Source: Octopus bimaculoides (Eukaryota). Taken from it: a stretch of 49,062 bases of DNA. A program made the translations under genes and the position numbers. Of this stretch, positions 35,326 through 48,524 are shown one piece after another. Numbering within the stretch: position 1 is the stretch's first letter; the number at the start of each line of letters is the position of its first letter. Below the pieces are notes generated by a model that was not told where the DNA came from, ran no database searches, and worked only from the letters and a program-made list of their open reading frames with translations. The DNA lies in the NCBI RefSeq assembly GCF_001194135.2, contig NC_068983.1, positions 131,732,297 through 131,781,358 of the forward strand, read 5' to 3'.

Positions 35326-38300
35326 ACGTAGGTTCTGTTTCAAGCCTAAAAGAAAAAGCCACTCTTTTTGGTTTTTCATGTTATTACAATTATGAAACAA
35401 ATCTCCATTATAACATGCCCCGCTGCTTTCAAAAGGATATTTTGGATAATGTAGCCCGATGTAGATTATACCTAAATTATACGATGATCATAACTCACCA
35501 CAATCGGTGATAAATAGGGTTGAATGAGTGATAAACAACAAAACTCTACGTAAATAAGTAATATTTCTTATTACTCATAAGTATGGCATCTCAAGATGTA
35601 GCTTATAATGAGTTTCAGTTTTTAACTTCTTTTACCAACAGTCTTCCTCTGACTGTCCACTCTTACCAACTTAGCGAAGGTATTTCTCTACGGAAATAGT
35701 TAATGGTTCAACAAAAGGAAAAATTGGTGCTATGACTGATATGATTTATAATGAGAAGTGAAGCAAAAACAAACAGACATTTTGTACTGAATTTGATTTA
35801 TGACAATCATTTTTGATAATTCTAGACACTTAAATTAGGTAATTAAACCTAGACAATCGTTGCAGATAGATAAGTCTAGACAAGTAAATTGAATAATTCC
35901 ATTTAAGCAGTCATTTGAGCTAGATAAAGCTAAACAAACAAAATAAAACTGCGGATATTTAAGGAAGTTATTCACATATAAGTTCACAAATGACCAAGAA
36001 GCTGGAGTAAAAGCTGTAGCGTTAAAGTTTATCTCCACCACCTGACATCTTGGAGTCTCTGAAAATTCTTCTTTCGTACCAGCGTTCAGATCACCGGTCT
36101 GAAGTGAACGTATTTCCTTCTTCTAGCCTCTAAAATGTCATAGTTACTGACGTTCGCTGTCTCCCTAAGCCATGAAAAATTTTGAAAAATAGTGTTACGA
36201 CGAGCAGGTATAGTCCAGTTCTATAAGCACTAGGAATACTGTATAATTAATACAAATTCTGAGTGACCTCACTGCCCAATGTTCAATGAGATAATACCAC
36301 CAGTGCCATCACCATCAACAGAAACAACAGCTCTATACACCCCACCACAAATCCATAAACTCAGCGTATCCTCCACGGAGTCAGTATCAGCTGAATCTCT
36401 TTTCTTATTTATTTTGTTGTAGCTGCTTAAACATATGTCAGCCTTGAGCTAGCAGACTTCTGATCAGTCTTTTCAACCATGACCATCTATCATTCCGGAC
36501 ATGGTATATTTTGGACAGTTATTCGTTGTACCTTATTTACGGACGTTACCGTGTGATATGAGGCGTTACTATTAGGTTACTACTTCTAGCATTTTTATAA
36601 ACCAGCATTATGCTTCGTCTTTGCCGCATTTTACTCTAGTTGTTGATGCTGTTACTGTTTAAGTATAAGCCCGCACTGATTTAGAAGACCTATAATAACC
36701 CAAGGTATGCTCACCATAATCATGCTAAGTAATTTTTATTAAGATACAGCATTTCTCGAAATACATTACCTACAGTGACATTTTTTAAATGAGAGTGGAG
36801 TGAAAGTTAATGATAATTGTTTTTTTTTTTACTGTTACGAGTTCACATAAAAACTAACTTATTAGTTCGTTATTAATGTTTTACCTAGAAGCGCCAATTT
36901 AAAAAAAAACAAACTTCGGAGAACTTCCCATATTAAGAACTCAGCACCTTCTCTTGGTACTAATTAAAGGAAAAAGATATAAGACGATATATTTTTAGCG
37001 ATGCTTCAGCAAACCAGTGTGTTAAGGTACACAGCATCATAAATAGTAAATTAAGTGATATGCTCGGGCTTTCTAAAATTGGTTTTTCTGTTGCAGGAAT
37101 CTTATAAACATATAACCAGATGATGTGTGAAAACAAGATAATGTATATGAAGACACCAAACAATGAAGCATACCAAGTAATAATTAAATCGGGAAAATTG
37201 CATTGTGTTTGAAGCAGGCTATAATTGTTTTGGCCTGTCTATTATTAAAGCACTAAAATAGTTATTTATGATTGGGAGTCTTTATTTAATTAAAAGCCAA
37301 GAAAGTGAGAGACAAATCAAAAACGTATCCTTGTGCTGTTTCAATTATACTTAAATAAAATTTGTGCTCTTCTAATTAATTTAAAGTAAACTATTTTTAC
37401 GAGAAATAATAGTTTGCCAGTGTATAGGGATATATTTTGCTCCGAGACCATAACACAAGCCATTTATTTATTTATTTTAATTATTAATTTACTGTATTGT
37501 CTAAATAAACTCTTTAAAGTGTGACAGCTGTTTTTCAGTTTCTTATTAGAAATAGTAAATTCAATTTCATGAATTGAAGACATCACATACATATGATAAC
37601 TGGCGCTGAGTCAATCACACATATAAGTGATTGAAGTATTATTATAGCTTAGCAAAACTGAGGGAGGGGGTCTCTGCCGGTCTGGAACAAACCCTAGGAG
37701 GCATCTTGCTACACACTCTGTTTCACCGATCTTTCACTTTGGATTATTACTTATTTTTATCGATCCTGAAAGGAAGAACACCTGTCATTGGTGGTATATA
37801 AAAATCAGCGCGCAGGGAGTCAGAACAAATAACATTAGTCATTCTAGGCAACACTCTAATAGCACATCCAGTTGGATGTCTCCAATCTAACTATAGAAGA
37901 AATAATGAATGAGTCTTTACGGGGTTACTCAACCACTAGAAATAACAACGAAATTACCCACAACTCCATCTTAAAGTGCTACCCATTTGATGAGATGCTT
38001 ATTGCTAGCACATATATAATCATAAACAACTGCATCAGAATTATTTTTGGTTAAACAACATCAATAACGACAACACCATTATTGGTGAGCGATTACTGAT
38101 GTTGCTGTTTAAATTTCAGACACACTGGTCAAAAGCATTTCATATGTGACCATCCACCTCTATTACGCAATATGTGTTTCTTTTTAATGCAGCGGAGCAT
38201 AATTTCAGGAACCTCTGTGTGTCTAGCTCTAGCATATTGAGTCACTACGTATGGGCTTGAGCTGCTAGATAATAACATCTGTATCACATTAAGTCACGTG

Positions 38301-38680
38301 ACCTCTGTTAGTAAAGTCTGTTCATCCTTCGTCTAGTTTCAGGGTACAGGTAGTGTGTCTGTGTTTGTGTGTGTATGTGTGTTTGTGCGTGTGTATTTAT
38401 GTGTATTCTGTGTTGGTGTAACCTGTATGTGAGTTTGTTTTGTGAGTAGAAGTGATTTGTATGCAACGTTTGATGATATGGTGTGCGTTGTGTCTGGCTC
38501 TTAGTAACTTGTGGCTTCCTGTGAGTCAAATAGAAACTAATATAGTCTATGACGGATATAATATATTCTTTGTGCTTAGTTGTTATTGTTTCTTTCTGTT
38601 ATTAATTGTGGTACCTTTGATTCCCCTGACTATGTTTGTGCATCATTGTACTTGTTTGCTATGTCCTCTACAAGTTTCTT

Positions 38681-38898
38681 ATTTCTTTATTGCCCCCAAG
38701 GGGCTAAACATAGGGGGGACAAACAAGGACAGACAGTGCGTAACGACCCCAGTGCGTAACTGGTACTTAATTTATCGACCCCGAAAGGATGAAAGGTAAA
38801 GTCGACCTCGGTGGATTTTGAACTCAGAACGTAACGGCAGACGAAATACCGCTAAGAATTTCGCCCGGCGTGCTAACGTTTCTGCCAGCTCGCCGCCT
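38681..38898 (-). mobile_element. tRNA-derived SINE, full length
   Basis: The reverse complement begins AGGCGGCGAGCTGGCAGAAACGTTAG (A box), then GAGTTCAAAATCC (B box) and the core CTTTCATCCTTTCGGGGTCGATAAATTAAGTACCAG. Near-identical to 44906-45124. Confidence 0.88.
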
Positions 38899-39244
38899 CT
38901 ACAAGTTTCGTCATCTGTACGTGCGAGTGTTTGCACACGCGTGCGTGTTTATATTTGTGAGTGTTGTGGTAGGTTGTATTTGATGCTCTCTGATGTTGCT
39001 GTAAAGAATGAAGACTGGATTTGATGATTGCTAGTTGAAGTCTGTCCTGAAATCGGATTTCTGTATGATGTGTGTGGTATTTGAGCAGTTGTGTATCAGT
39101 AAGTAGAGAATGGTGGTAGCATGTGAAATTGATGTCAAATACATATCAGCTCTTGTGTGTTTGTTTTGAGGAGCCATGAATAAATCGTGTAGGCATAGGT
39201 GGTAAAGAGTAAGAGAGAGGATGATACCTCGTGGTACATAATTC

Positions 39245-39505
<261 letters not shown>

Positions 39506-40053
39506 CACAGAAAACGAGAAAGCAACCATACTCTGGGATATGCCAATACACACAAATAGAGAAATTAAGGGAAATAGACCAGATATAGTTGTCAAAGATC
39601 ATGNNNNNNNNNNNNNNNNNNNNNNNNNNNNNNNNNNNNNNNNNNNNNNNNNNNNNNNNNNNNNNNNNNNNNNNNNNNNNNNNNNNNNNNNNNNNNNNNN
39701 NNNNNNNNNNNNNNNNNNNNNNNNNNNNNNNNNNNNNNNNNNNNNNNNNNNNNNNNNNNNNNNCTAAAAACAGAAACAATTCCTATCATAGTAGGTGCCT
39801 TAGGTATAATAAAAAAATATTCAGACAAATACATAACAAAAATACCAGGACTTACAAATATATATAACATACAGAAAATTGCACTACTGGGTACTGCACA
39901 CATTCTACGCAAAACACTTTCAATACAGTAAACATAAGAGCACCACAGCAAACCACAGCACATACCCAAGGCGCACAGAGCTGCGCTCGGTAGTGAAGTG
40001 AAAGCACGTTATAAAAATAAAACTACTGAATAATAATAATAATAATAATAAAT
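39506..40053 (+). mobile_element. 5'-truncated R4/Dong-clade LINE (restriction-like endonuclease domain and 3' UTR) inserted in (TAA)n
   Basis: ENEKATILWDMPIHTNREIKGNRPDIVVKD (gap) KTETIPIIVGALGIIKK...IQKIALLGTAHILRKTLSIQ* contains the RLE RPD motif. (AAT)n on both sides. Confidence 0.88.
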
Positions 40054-40675
40054 GGTATCGTGTACATCTTTTCTTTTGGTATAAAACGATGATCTACAGC
40101 AAATATTCTGCACAATACCACGGATTTGCTTATCAGTTGTTTGACCTTTATATGTTGATCATGTCCCTTAGTGCTGATGGTATATGCATCTCTGATCACA
40201 AATAGAAGAAGTGGGGGAGCATCATAGCCATGTGTTGAATGGCATTCTTTTGGGGGTTTGAATAACTCTCCTCTACAAACATGGATGTTTCGTTTATCAT
40301 CCTTAAATAAACCCGATTCAGGTACCTTGTGAGCGAGATGGGCTACTCGTCCCGAAGAAAATTACGGCTCCACCTGCAAGATCATGTGCTGTTTATTTTG
40401 ATATGACATCACCATGTCACGCATACATGACTGTGATGCGTATACCTGGTGTAACTTTATCAGACGGGTAGTCATGGTAGGTATATTGGGCTACTTATAT
40501 TTGTGCCCCAGTGTCACCTTGATGCATTGGTCTTTAACTTAATAACAAGAACAACAGCAACAACAGTACAGCATCACCAGTTGTTGTAGATAATAAATCA
40601 GGAACTATAGCCATATTGCTGTTTGTCATAATGAAAGATTCTCTTTCTCTCTTTCCCTCCCTTTGTCCATATCTG

Positions 40676-40724
<49 letters not shown>

Positions 40725-40948
40725 TTCACCCTCTCTCTCTCTCTCTTTCCCTACATATACATAGTTGAGAGAATCAACCGCTCTCTTAGCTTTCATTAGT
40801 ATCATATCGAAACATATCTCTACATAAAATCAAAACTGAAATTTATCTCATCAGCTGCAGATGTTTCGAAACCTCAATATAAACTAAACACCTGGAGACG
40901 CACATAAATAACCTAGTCTGAAAGTTACTGTTGCTGCTGCTGCTGCTG

Positions 40949-40993
<45 letters not shown>

Positions 40994-42084
40994 ATACTAC
41001 CACAGCCACTACCACTACCAATAGTACTACTAATGTTGCTGCTCATCCTCTTCCTCCTCCTCCTTTCTTCGGCCACCTCCTTTCTTCCTCCTCCTCCTTT
41101 CTTCCTCCTCCTCCTTTCTTCCTCCTCCTCCTCCTCCTNNNNNNNNNNNNNNNNNNNNNNNNNNNNNNNNNNNNNNNNNNNNNNNNNNNNNNNNNNNNNN
41201 NNNNNNNNNNNNNNNNNNNNNNNNNNNNNNNNNNNNNNNNNNNNNNNNNNNNNNNNNNNNNNNNNNNNNNNNNNNNNNNNNNNNNNCTACTACTACTACT
41301 ACTACTACAAATACTGCAAACAGCACAATCACGTGTTTCGTCAACCAATTTTCGTTATTAGTTATACAAAACAACGCAACATAGAACATTAAAAAATTAT
41401 GTATACCAATACATTTAAATTAATGTTAAGTAATTTATAATTAATTACAAAATATGCAGACCATAAAATATAAACAGACCAAAGCTTTTAGATCCTAAGT
41501 GAAATCTCTAACGAACAATGAAAAATTAACAATTAGAAATAACAATAACAACATTGAACAATTAATTGCCCAAACTTTTACCAGTCTCTTGTACCGCAGG
41601 TAGTCTACGGATATGTTTTCAAGTTTTTATAAACTTTTCATATTAGTGACTCTTTAAAAAGATGTTTAGTAGCTTTCAGAATTGCTTTTATTGTATTTTA
41701 TTAGATTTTAATAGATAGAAATATTTTATTTTTACATTTTCTGGCAAAGCAGGATGAAGCTTATTTCAAAACCTCAGCCCTGACAGAAAGCAGTTTGGCG
41801 TCTCACACTGACTTAACATATGATGCTTTGTGCATTCTACTTTGTTTGCAGTCTGAAACTTGTCTACTTATATGTAGCATAATTAGACAAGTTTCAACAA
41901 GGGTAACGTAGAGATATGATGTACTCTGTGAGAGTAAAGAAATTCAACATAGATACTCGCGGGGTTTTGTGTCTGAAAGTTCCCTGGCATACATATGATT
42001 GTGTGAGACATATGACATTTTTGTACACAATGTCAGGCCAAACATAGATGTAATAGACTTCAGTGAGACCATGATCGCGGGCAC

Positions 42085-43310
42085 GCGGGCCTTGGTTCCC
42101 ATTTTCCACGTTCGGTCTGTCAAAGATGCCCACCCACCCCCTTCTCTACGTATTGGCACTCGAGCCATTACGGTGAAGATGGAGGTTTCGAGGAGCATCC
42201 CACGTGAATTGGGTTGCAGAAGGTTCGTGTTGGCGTATACAGACGACGTCATCGTGATAGTGTCGGATACTTCAGAAATCGAGATGATCAGCACTATCCT
42301 AAGGCAATACGAAGCAGTGACAGGAGCAATGATTAACCAGGAGAAGGCATTGGGCCTGCAGCTCGGCACCTGGAGAGGCAGGCCCATGCCGACTGACAAC
42401 TTCGTGGAGCACTGGACGGATAGATCTGTTAAGTTGCTCGGAGTCTGGTTCGGTCCGGATCTCCAAGTGGACGGGAACTGGGACGAAGTGACAGACAGGG
42501 CGGCCAGTCTCACCCAGAGATGGGCTGAGAGAAAGCCGTCCCTGAAAGAGCGAGAAATGGTGCCGAATGCGTACATCGCAGCCGTCGTATACTACCGCCT
42601 TACTGTCGTCCTTTTCCTCGTTTCGTGAAAAGGTCAGGTACCGCTTCTCAGACGGTCCATTTACTGTCAGCACCCATTGCGTGGAGGACTAGGCATGCCG
42701 TGGATTAGGATGCGCAGACATGCTCTGAGGCTGTGACATATCCAGCGATACCTTAACGGTGAGCAGGTGTGGTCGCCGTTTATTGAACGGGCTTTTCTGC
42801 AGCTCGTCTCCTCGACAGAGCTACAGTTCTGGATCAGATGTAGATCGAGGCAGTGCGATTGGCGCCTAGAGTGTCTCCAAGCGCTTCGCAGTCTTCGACC
42901 AGTCTGGCAATGTTGTCAGTGGAAGTTTCACCATGGAGTTCTATACGGGATTAGTGGAGGGCAAGAGCGACAACGTACTCGGAGAGATCCTGGACGTCGA
43001 GGAGAATCAACTGGCTGGTCTCTTCCGGAGGACATTTGGGCCAGGAACTATGGATAACTTCCAAAAATCCCTGGCTTGGCAGTGCTGCCGGAAGGTGCTG
43101 GCGGATAGAGGTAAGCTCTACAGGCACAGGTGTGCAGTCAGTCGGGTTTGTTCAAGATGCACGCTGAACGATGAAACCGTTCTACATGGTCTAGTACAGT
43201 GGCCGCGCATTGCTGACTTGTGGAGATTTGTCGATTGTCACGTGTAGGACGGATCCGGCAATTTTTCTCTGTCTGGTGGCTATGGCAAAGATGTTTTGTC
43301 GTGGACGCGA
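42085..43310 (+). mobile_element. Tx1/L1-clade ORF2 fragment: RT C-terminal half and Cys/His motif
   Basis: RSVCQRCPPTPLLYVLALEPL (RSVRQGCPLSP motif), AYTDDVIVIV, INQEKALGL, VKLLGVWFG, HPLRGGLGMP, CSRCTLNDETVLHGL, FLCLVAMAK; frameshifted. Confidence 0.9.
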
Positions 43311-44104
43311 TTGAAAGAAAATTATGTGCTGGGAGTTGATTTGTTCGAAGTAGAACAACCTGTCAAGACGAATCCCAGCAGGCCGTTGTCAACAACATAT
43401 AAAAGAAAAAAAAATAGTAGGCCTGTTACCATCGGATTTATTCTTCCTTATTAAAGTAAATGAAATGAATGAAAAATTGTTTTTCATATGCTTTCTTTGT
43501 AAATGATAACTAATTCAATTGATACTTTCTAAAAGTTCAAAGTATGACCTAGTGTTTAAAAGAAACGGCACAAAACGTATTGAATATATGTCTTCCGGTT
43601 GTCTAGCACAGAAAGTAAATTATATTTTTATTCCAATGGGAAAATACAAGAATTACATTGATTTATGATGTTTTGTCTGTATGCTAAATGATTTCATAAA
43701 ACCTCTCGATTATTTAAAAGATGTTTCAACTCAATACAGTTTAGCTGATATATAGTATTTCCAGTGAAGTAGCAGGAAAAACAATAACTCTTAAAAATGT
43801 TTATATATAGCGAGGAAGTATAAATTAGTTTATACTAAGATAGGGACAGTACTAACCGGTGATTTTTTAATGATCATTATATAGGGTTATTTTCTTTATT
43901 TGATGTTGTGTAGAGTGACAATACTGACTGCTAGTGGATAACAAACAAATCTGGAGAGATGGATAATAAATTTGCTCCATTTTTCATTAGAAGGTCTTTG
44001 TCAAAGAAAAATATGGACGAGGTCTAAAGCGAAAGCCGTCTCCCGATTTTATTGTATTTGAAGTCTCTGAGAGCAGTGAAATGACTCACCGAGTATAAAG
44101 GTAA

Positions 44105-44342
44105 CAAGTAAAGTTTCTTTCTCGTGTCATGCCGGCTTCCCGATTTCCATGGTGTATATATTCCCCACCTGGATGGGACGCCAATCCCTCGGAGGATTAC
44201 TTATTTGTGCCAGCTGAGTGAATTGGAGCAAGGTTAAAGGAAGTTCTTTGCTCAAGAACACAATGCGTCAACTGGTCCAGGAATTGAAACCACAATGTTA
44301 CGATCATCAGTCCAACACGCTAACCACTAAGCCACACGCCTC
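44105..44342 (-). mobile_element. tRNA-derived SINE, third family
   Basis: The reverse complement GAGGCGTG-TGGCTTAGTGG-TTAG...GGTTTCAATTCC, then GTGTTCTTGAGCAAAG and GATTGGCGTCCCATCCAGG central-domain motifs. Confidence 0.75.
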
Positions 44343-44631
44343 GACTCTCACCAACTATGAGCTAGATCAACGTGACAAACCTTTCACTTACACACATGTA
44401 GCACGCATGTGCGATATTTGTGATTGTTAGAAACTCCTTATATTGTATATCCATATAAATGGGAACTAAACTGCCGTATTGCCCTTCATGAAGGGAGCAA
44501 TGTTTTAAACGATCATCTATTAATACCGTTTTAAGTTCATTTGAATGTTGTTGTATATTAGAATACTTCCAAATAGGTACACACATACACACACGCGCTC
44601 ACGCGCTCACACACATGTATGCATTACATAT

Positions 44632-44834
44632 GCGAAGGGGTGCTGAAAATTTCCTGGCTTTGGGTAGAAGAAAATAAATGATCTGCTAATTAAGGTTTTT
44701 ATTCAATATATTCCCCACTCAGATTCACACACTTATTGTAGCAGTCAATCACACTTTCTAAGCCCTGCAAAAGAACTCGGAAGGGTGGACCTCACGATAC
44801 TTTTAAAGCCAGGAACTTTTCAGCACCCCTTCGC
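44632..44834. mobile_element. Mariner-derived MITE
   Basis: TIRs CGAAGGGGTGCTGAAAA(T/G)TTCCTGGCTTT at both ends, resembling the TIR of the mariner at 11511. Confidence 0.8.
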
Positions 44835-44905
44835 ATATGTAATGCATACATGTGTGTGAGCGTGTGTGTGTGTGTGTGTATGTGTATGTGTGTGTGTGTG
44901 TGTGT

Positions 44906-45119
44906 TATTTCTTTACTACCCACAAGGGGCTACACACAGAGGGGACAAACAAGGACAGACAAACGGATTAAATCGATTATATCGACCCCAGTGCGTAACT
45001 GGTACTTATTTAATCGACCCCGAAAGGATGAAAGGCAAAGTCGACCTCGGCGGAATTTGAACTCAGAACGTAGCGGGCAGACGAAATACCGCTAAGCATT
45101 TCGCCCGGTGTGCTAACGG

Positions 45120-45124
<5 letters not shown>
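44906..45124 (-). mobile_element. tRNA-derived SINE, same family as 38681-38898
   Basis: GGGGACAAACAAGGACAGAC...CGACCCCAGTGCGTAACTGGTACTTA...CGACCCCGAAAGGATGAAAGG.AAAGTCGACCTCGG...GAACTCAGAACG shared. Confidence 0.88.
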
Positions 45125-45171
<47 letters not shown>

Positions 45172-45341
45172 CAGTGTGTACACATATACATATAATATTA
45201 TATTCGGGTATACACCCTGAAGTATGCCGTTTAAAGCCCGTTCACAGTAGTCGGCTACCCAATATCATGAACAATATGGAAGTATATGCCTCTGATTTCC
45301 AGCAGGAATTCCTTCGTGTCCATAACGTTTATAAAATATGT

Positions 45342-45872
45342 GAGAGAAAGAAAATGGAATTCACTATACTCGTTATCATTCACTACGATTGTTTCGATCC
45401 ATTGTGACCCGTGTCTAGCGGGCGAGATGCGATACAAGCAGTTGTTGACATCGAAGGTGCGGATGTGTCTCATCAGGTGACGTCGTTTTCTAAATATCGG
45501 TTTCACTTATTTCTGTTTGATACTTTATTTTTCGTTTTTAATTTTTGATTCCTTCTAAGCCACCTGATCGCTTATACGAGATGAATTGTACATTTTTAGC
45601 CAGTTCCTCTACAACAACCAAAAAGTCAACAACAACAAAACACACTCTACAAAAACCAAAATGTATTCTAATAGAAATAACCGAAGAACGAGGTACCTTT
45701 TGGCAAGTCACTTAATGAGACACATGCTTATGAGACATGCTTATGACACATGCTTATGAGTCACAATAACTGTGTGTATAGCATCTCACCCGCAAGGCAC
45801 CTGTGGACGATAGGTCGAAGCGATCGTAGTGAATAATACAGAATCTGGTGAATTCCATTTACTTTTCCTCAT
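45342..45872. repeat. Decayed inverted-repeat element, arms about 45342-45473 and 45715-45872
   Basis: GCATCTC.CCCGC.AG.CAC...TCGAA.C.ATCGTAGTGAAT.ATA...GTGAATTCCATTT appears at 45781-45862 and as the reverse complement at 45352-45430. Confidence 0.7.
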
Positions 45873-46375
45873 ATGATATACATATACACACACACACTCT
45901 GTCTCCCTATCTCTCTCATGCACCAACGCAATACGCAAGAGAAAGTATACGCTACAGGCAAGAGAAAGTATACGCTACAGAATTAGTGGAGTATATTTAT
46001 CTGGTAAAATCTGATGGAGGAATCCAATTCTATTCACAATTTCTCGGTAGTTTCTACTTTAAACGTTAAAAGGATTATTATATACATTCATATGATACCA
46101 GACTTGTTTAACCTTCTCGTATCTCTCGTCTTATTGCTTAACCTAAGACCAAAGTGGACCTATTTCTATTGTCTAAAACAATAAATTTTATTGAATTTGT
46201 AACATTTCTCAATTTCTTGACAGTTCCCGATTTAGTAGCAGTTTAGTTCAATGGCTTCTGTGTGACTTTTCTCTCACCTTGATCGTTAAATATATCTTAC
46301 AGACCTAGGTACAGACAATGGCAGATACACCAAATTAACACCTTATCAGACACCCACAGTCATACACAACTGTAT

Positions 46376-46413
<38 letters not shown>

Positions 46414-48129
46414 GTACGTATTTTTGTATATGTGCGTGTTTATGTATGCACGTATTTCTATATATTTCTCTATGTGCGTATGTCTATATGTATTTGCATG
46501 TCTATATGTGTATGTATGTAACCTCGTATTTACCTTTCCAAAGACGCGCGCGCGCGTAACACACAAATTCTTTTATTCTTTTATTTGGTTCAGTCATTTT
46601 TCACTGCGGCCATGCAGGACTTATTCATTGTAAGCCTAATAATTATCCCTTTTGCCGAACCGCTTTGTTATGAGGACGTAAACACACCAGCACACACATA
46701 AATGTATACACAGATGCACACTTACATACATACATACATACTCACACATACATACGTACATACATACATACATACACACACACTTATATATATATATATA
46801 TATATATATGCGAGTAAAAATAAATACAAAAAAAGGTGAATTTTTTTGTATGATTGTGTATAGAGGAATATATTATTTTGCTTAAAAGAGTTCCAACACT
46901 GTCTGTTTTTTATGTTTTATTTATATTCCTGCAGAACTAATGTGGGGTATAGAATATGGAATATACAATATATAATATAATATACAATATATAATATAAA
47001 ATAAAATAAAAATGGATGGCACCATGAAATAAAGTATTGAATGTAGATGAAATATTGAGTGTTCAATATAAAGGATCAAATATATAAATATATAAATATA
47101 AATATATNNNNNNNNNNNNNNNNNNNNNNNNNNNNNNNNNNNNNNNNNNNNNNNNNNNNNNNNNNNNNNNNNNNNNNNNNNNNNNNNNNNNNNNNNNNNN
47201 NNNNNNNNNNNNNNNNNNNNNNNNNNNNNNNNNNNNNNNNNNNNNNNNNNNNNNNNNNNNNNNNNNNNNNNNNNNNNNNNNNNNNNNNNNNNNNNNNNNN
47301 NNNNNNNNNNNNNNNNNNNNNNNNNNNNNNNNNNNNNNNNNNNNNNNNNNNNNNNNNNNNNNNNNNNNNNNNNNNNNNNNNNNNNNNNNNNNNNNNNNNN
47401 NNNNNNNNNNNNNNNNNNNNNNNNNNNNNNNNNNNNNNNNNNNNNNNNNNNNNNNNNNNNNNNNNNNNNNNNNNNNNNNNNNNNNNNNNNNNNNNNNNNN
47501 NNNNNNNNNNNNNNNNNNNNNNNNNNNNNNNNNNNNNNNNNNNNNNNNNNNNNNNNNNNNNNNNNNNNNNNNNNNNNNNNNNNNNNNNNNNNNNNNNNNN
47601 NNNNNNNNNNNNNNNNNNNNNNNNNNNNNNNNNNNNNNNNNNNNNNNNNNNNNNNNNNNNNNNNNNNNNNNNNNNNNNNNNNNNNNNNNNNNNNNNNNNN
47701 NNNNNNNNNNNNNNNNNNNNNNNNNNNNNNNNNNNNNNNNNNNNNNNNNNNNNNNNNNNNNNNNNNNNNNNNNNNNNNNNNNNNNNNNNNNNNNNAATTA
47801 TTACAAATTGTTTTTTTCTTCTTGTTTTTGCCTTTGTGAGTTACAAGTAATGCTATCTGTTGGAGTCTCAGCTTTTTTAGCTGTGTATATATATTTATTT
47901 TTAATACTTTTTTTTAAAATATATTTACTTTTTATATATTTTTATATTTACTTTTTATGTATCTTTATGTGTTTTTTACACATCGTATTTATGTGTTTTT
48001 TACACATCGTTTTTATATATATTTTATATTTTATATGTATCTCCATTGCATTTACTTTTCTCCTTTCATATCTTCATCTTTTATATTGACTTTTCTATGT
48101 ATTTTCTATGTATTTTTTTTTTAATATGT

Positions 48130-48154
48130 GGGTTAGGGTTAGGGTTAGGGTTAG
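48130..48154 (+). repeat. Interstitial telomere-like (GGGTTA)4
   Basis: GGGTTAGGGTTAGGGTTAGGGTTAG; TTAGGG is the ancestral metazoan telomere repeat. Confidence 0.85.
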
Positions 48155-48524
48155 TCTCCTTTTGAGGAAAAGCCTAGGAGAGGATACTCTGATATAAAAC
48201 CTGCAGTCAACTTAGTACTAGTCATCTTGCTCTCGCTTGTCACTGGATTATACTATTTTGACCTAGAGAGTGGCAAAGGTGTTGTACAAGCGTTTGTCAC
48301 TAAAATCCAATGAAGTACAGATGTCCCCAACAAGACAAAACACTGTCAAATCACAGTCATCTTAGTATGACCCGAGAAAAAATTAGGGAAAAGAAAGAGA
48401 GAGAGAGGAGGGGGAAAGATGGATGGTGGGGGAAGGATGGATGGTGGGGGTGGAAGGAAAAAGGAGTGAGAAGGGCAAGAGAGGAGAGGAAGAAGGAATA
48501 AAGGAGGAGAGAAAAGTCCTGTGG

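Noticed and set aside
24972-36164. Possible minus-strand three-exon host gene (36164-36095, 29606-29504, 25102-24972) with compatible phases
   Set aside because: The GT/AG sites are only moderate, the peptide (ETANVSNYDILEARRRKYVHFRP-SSIACRASK...-EIVFGVLRVLSKG...) resembles nothing I recognise, and phase agreement after hand-picking is likely by chance. It needs RNA-seq.
41944-42576. 210-aa minus-strand ORF
   Set aside because: It is the antisense shadow of the plus-strand Tx1 RT.
45440-45480. Minus-strand CTGATGAGAC...GTC
   Set aside because: It lacks the GAAA half of the hammerhead core.
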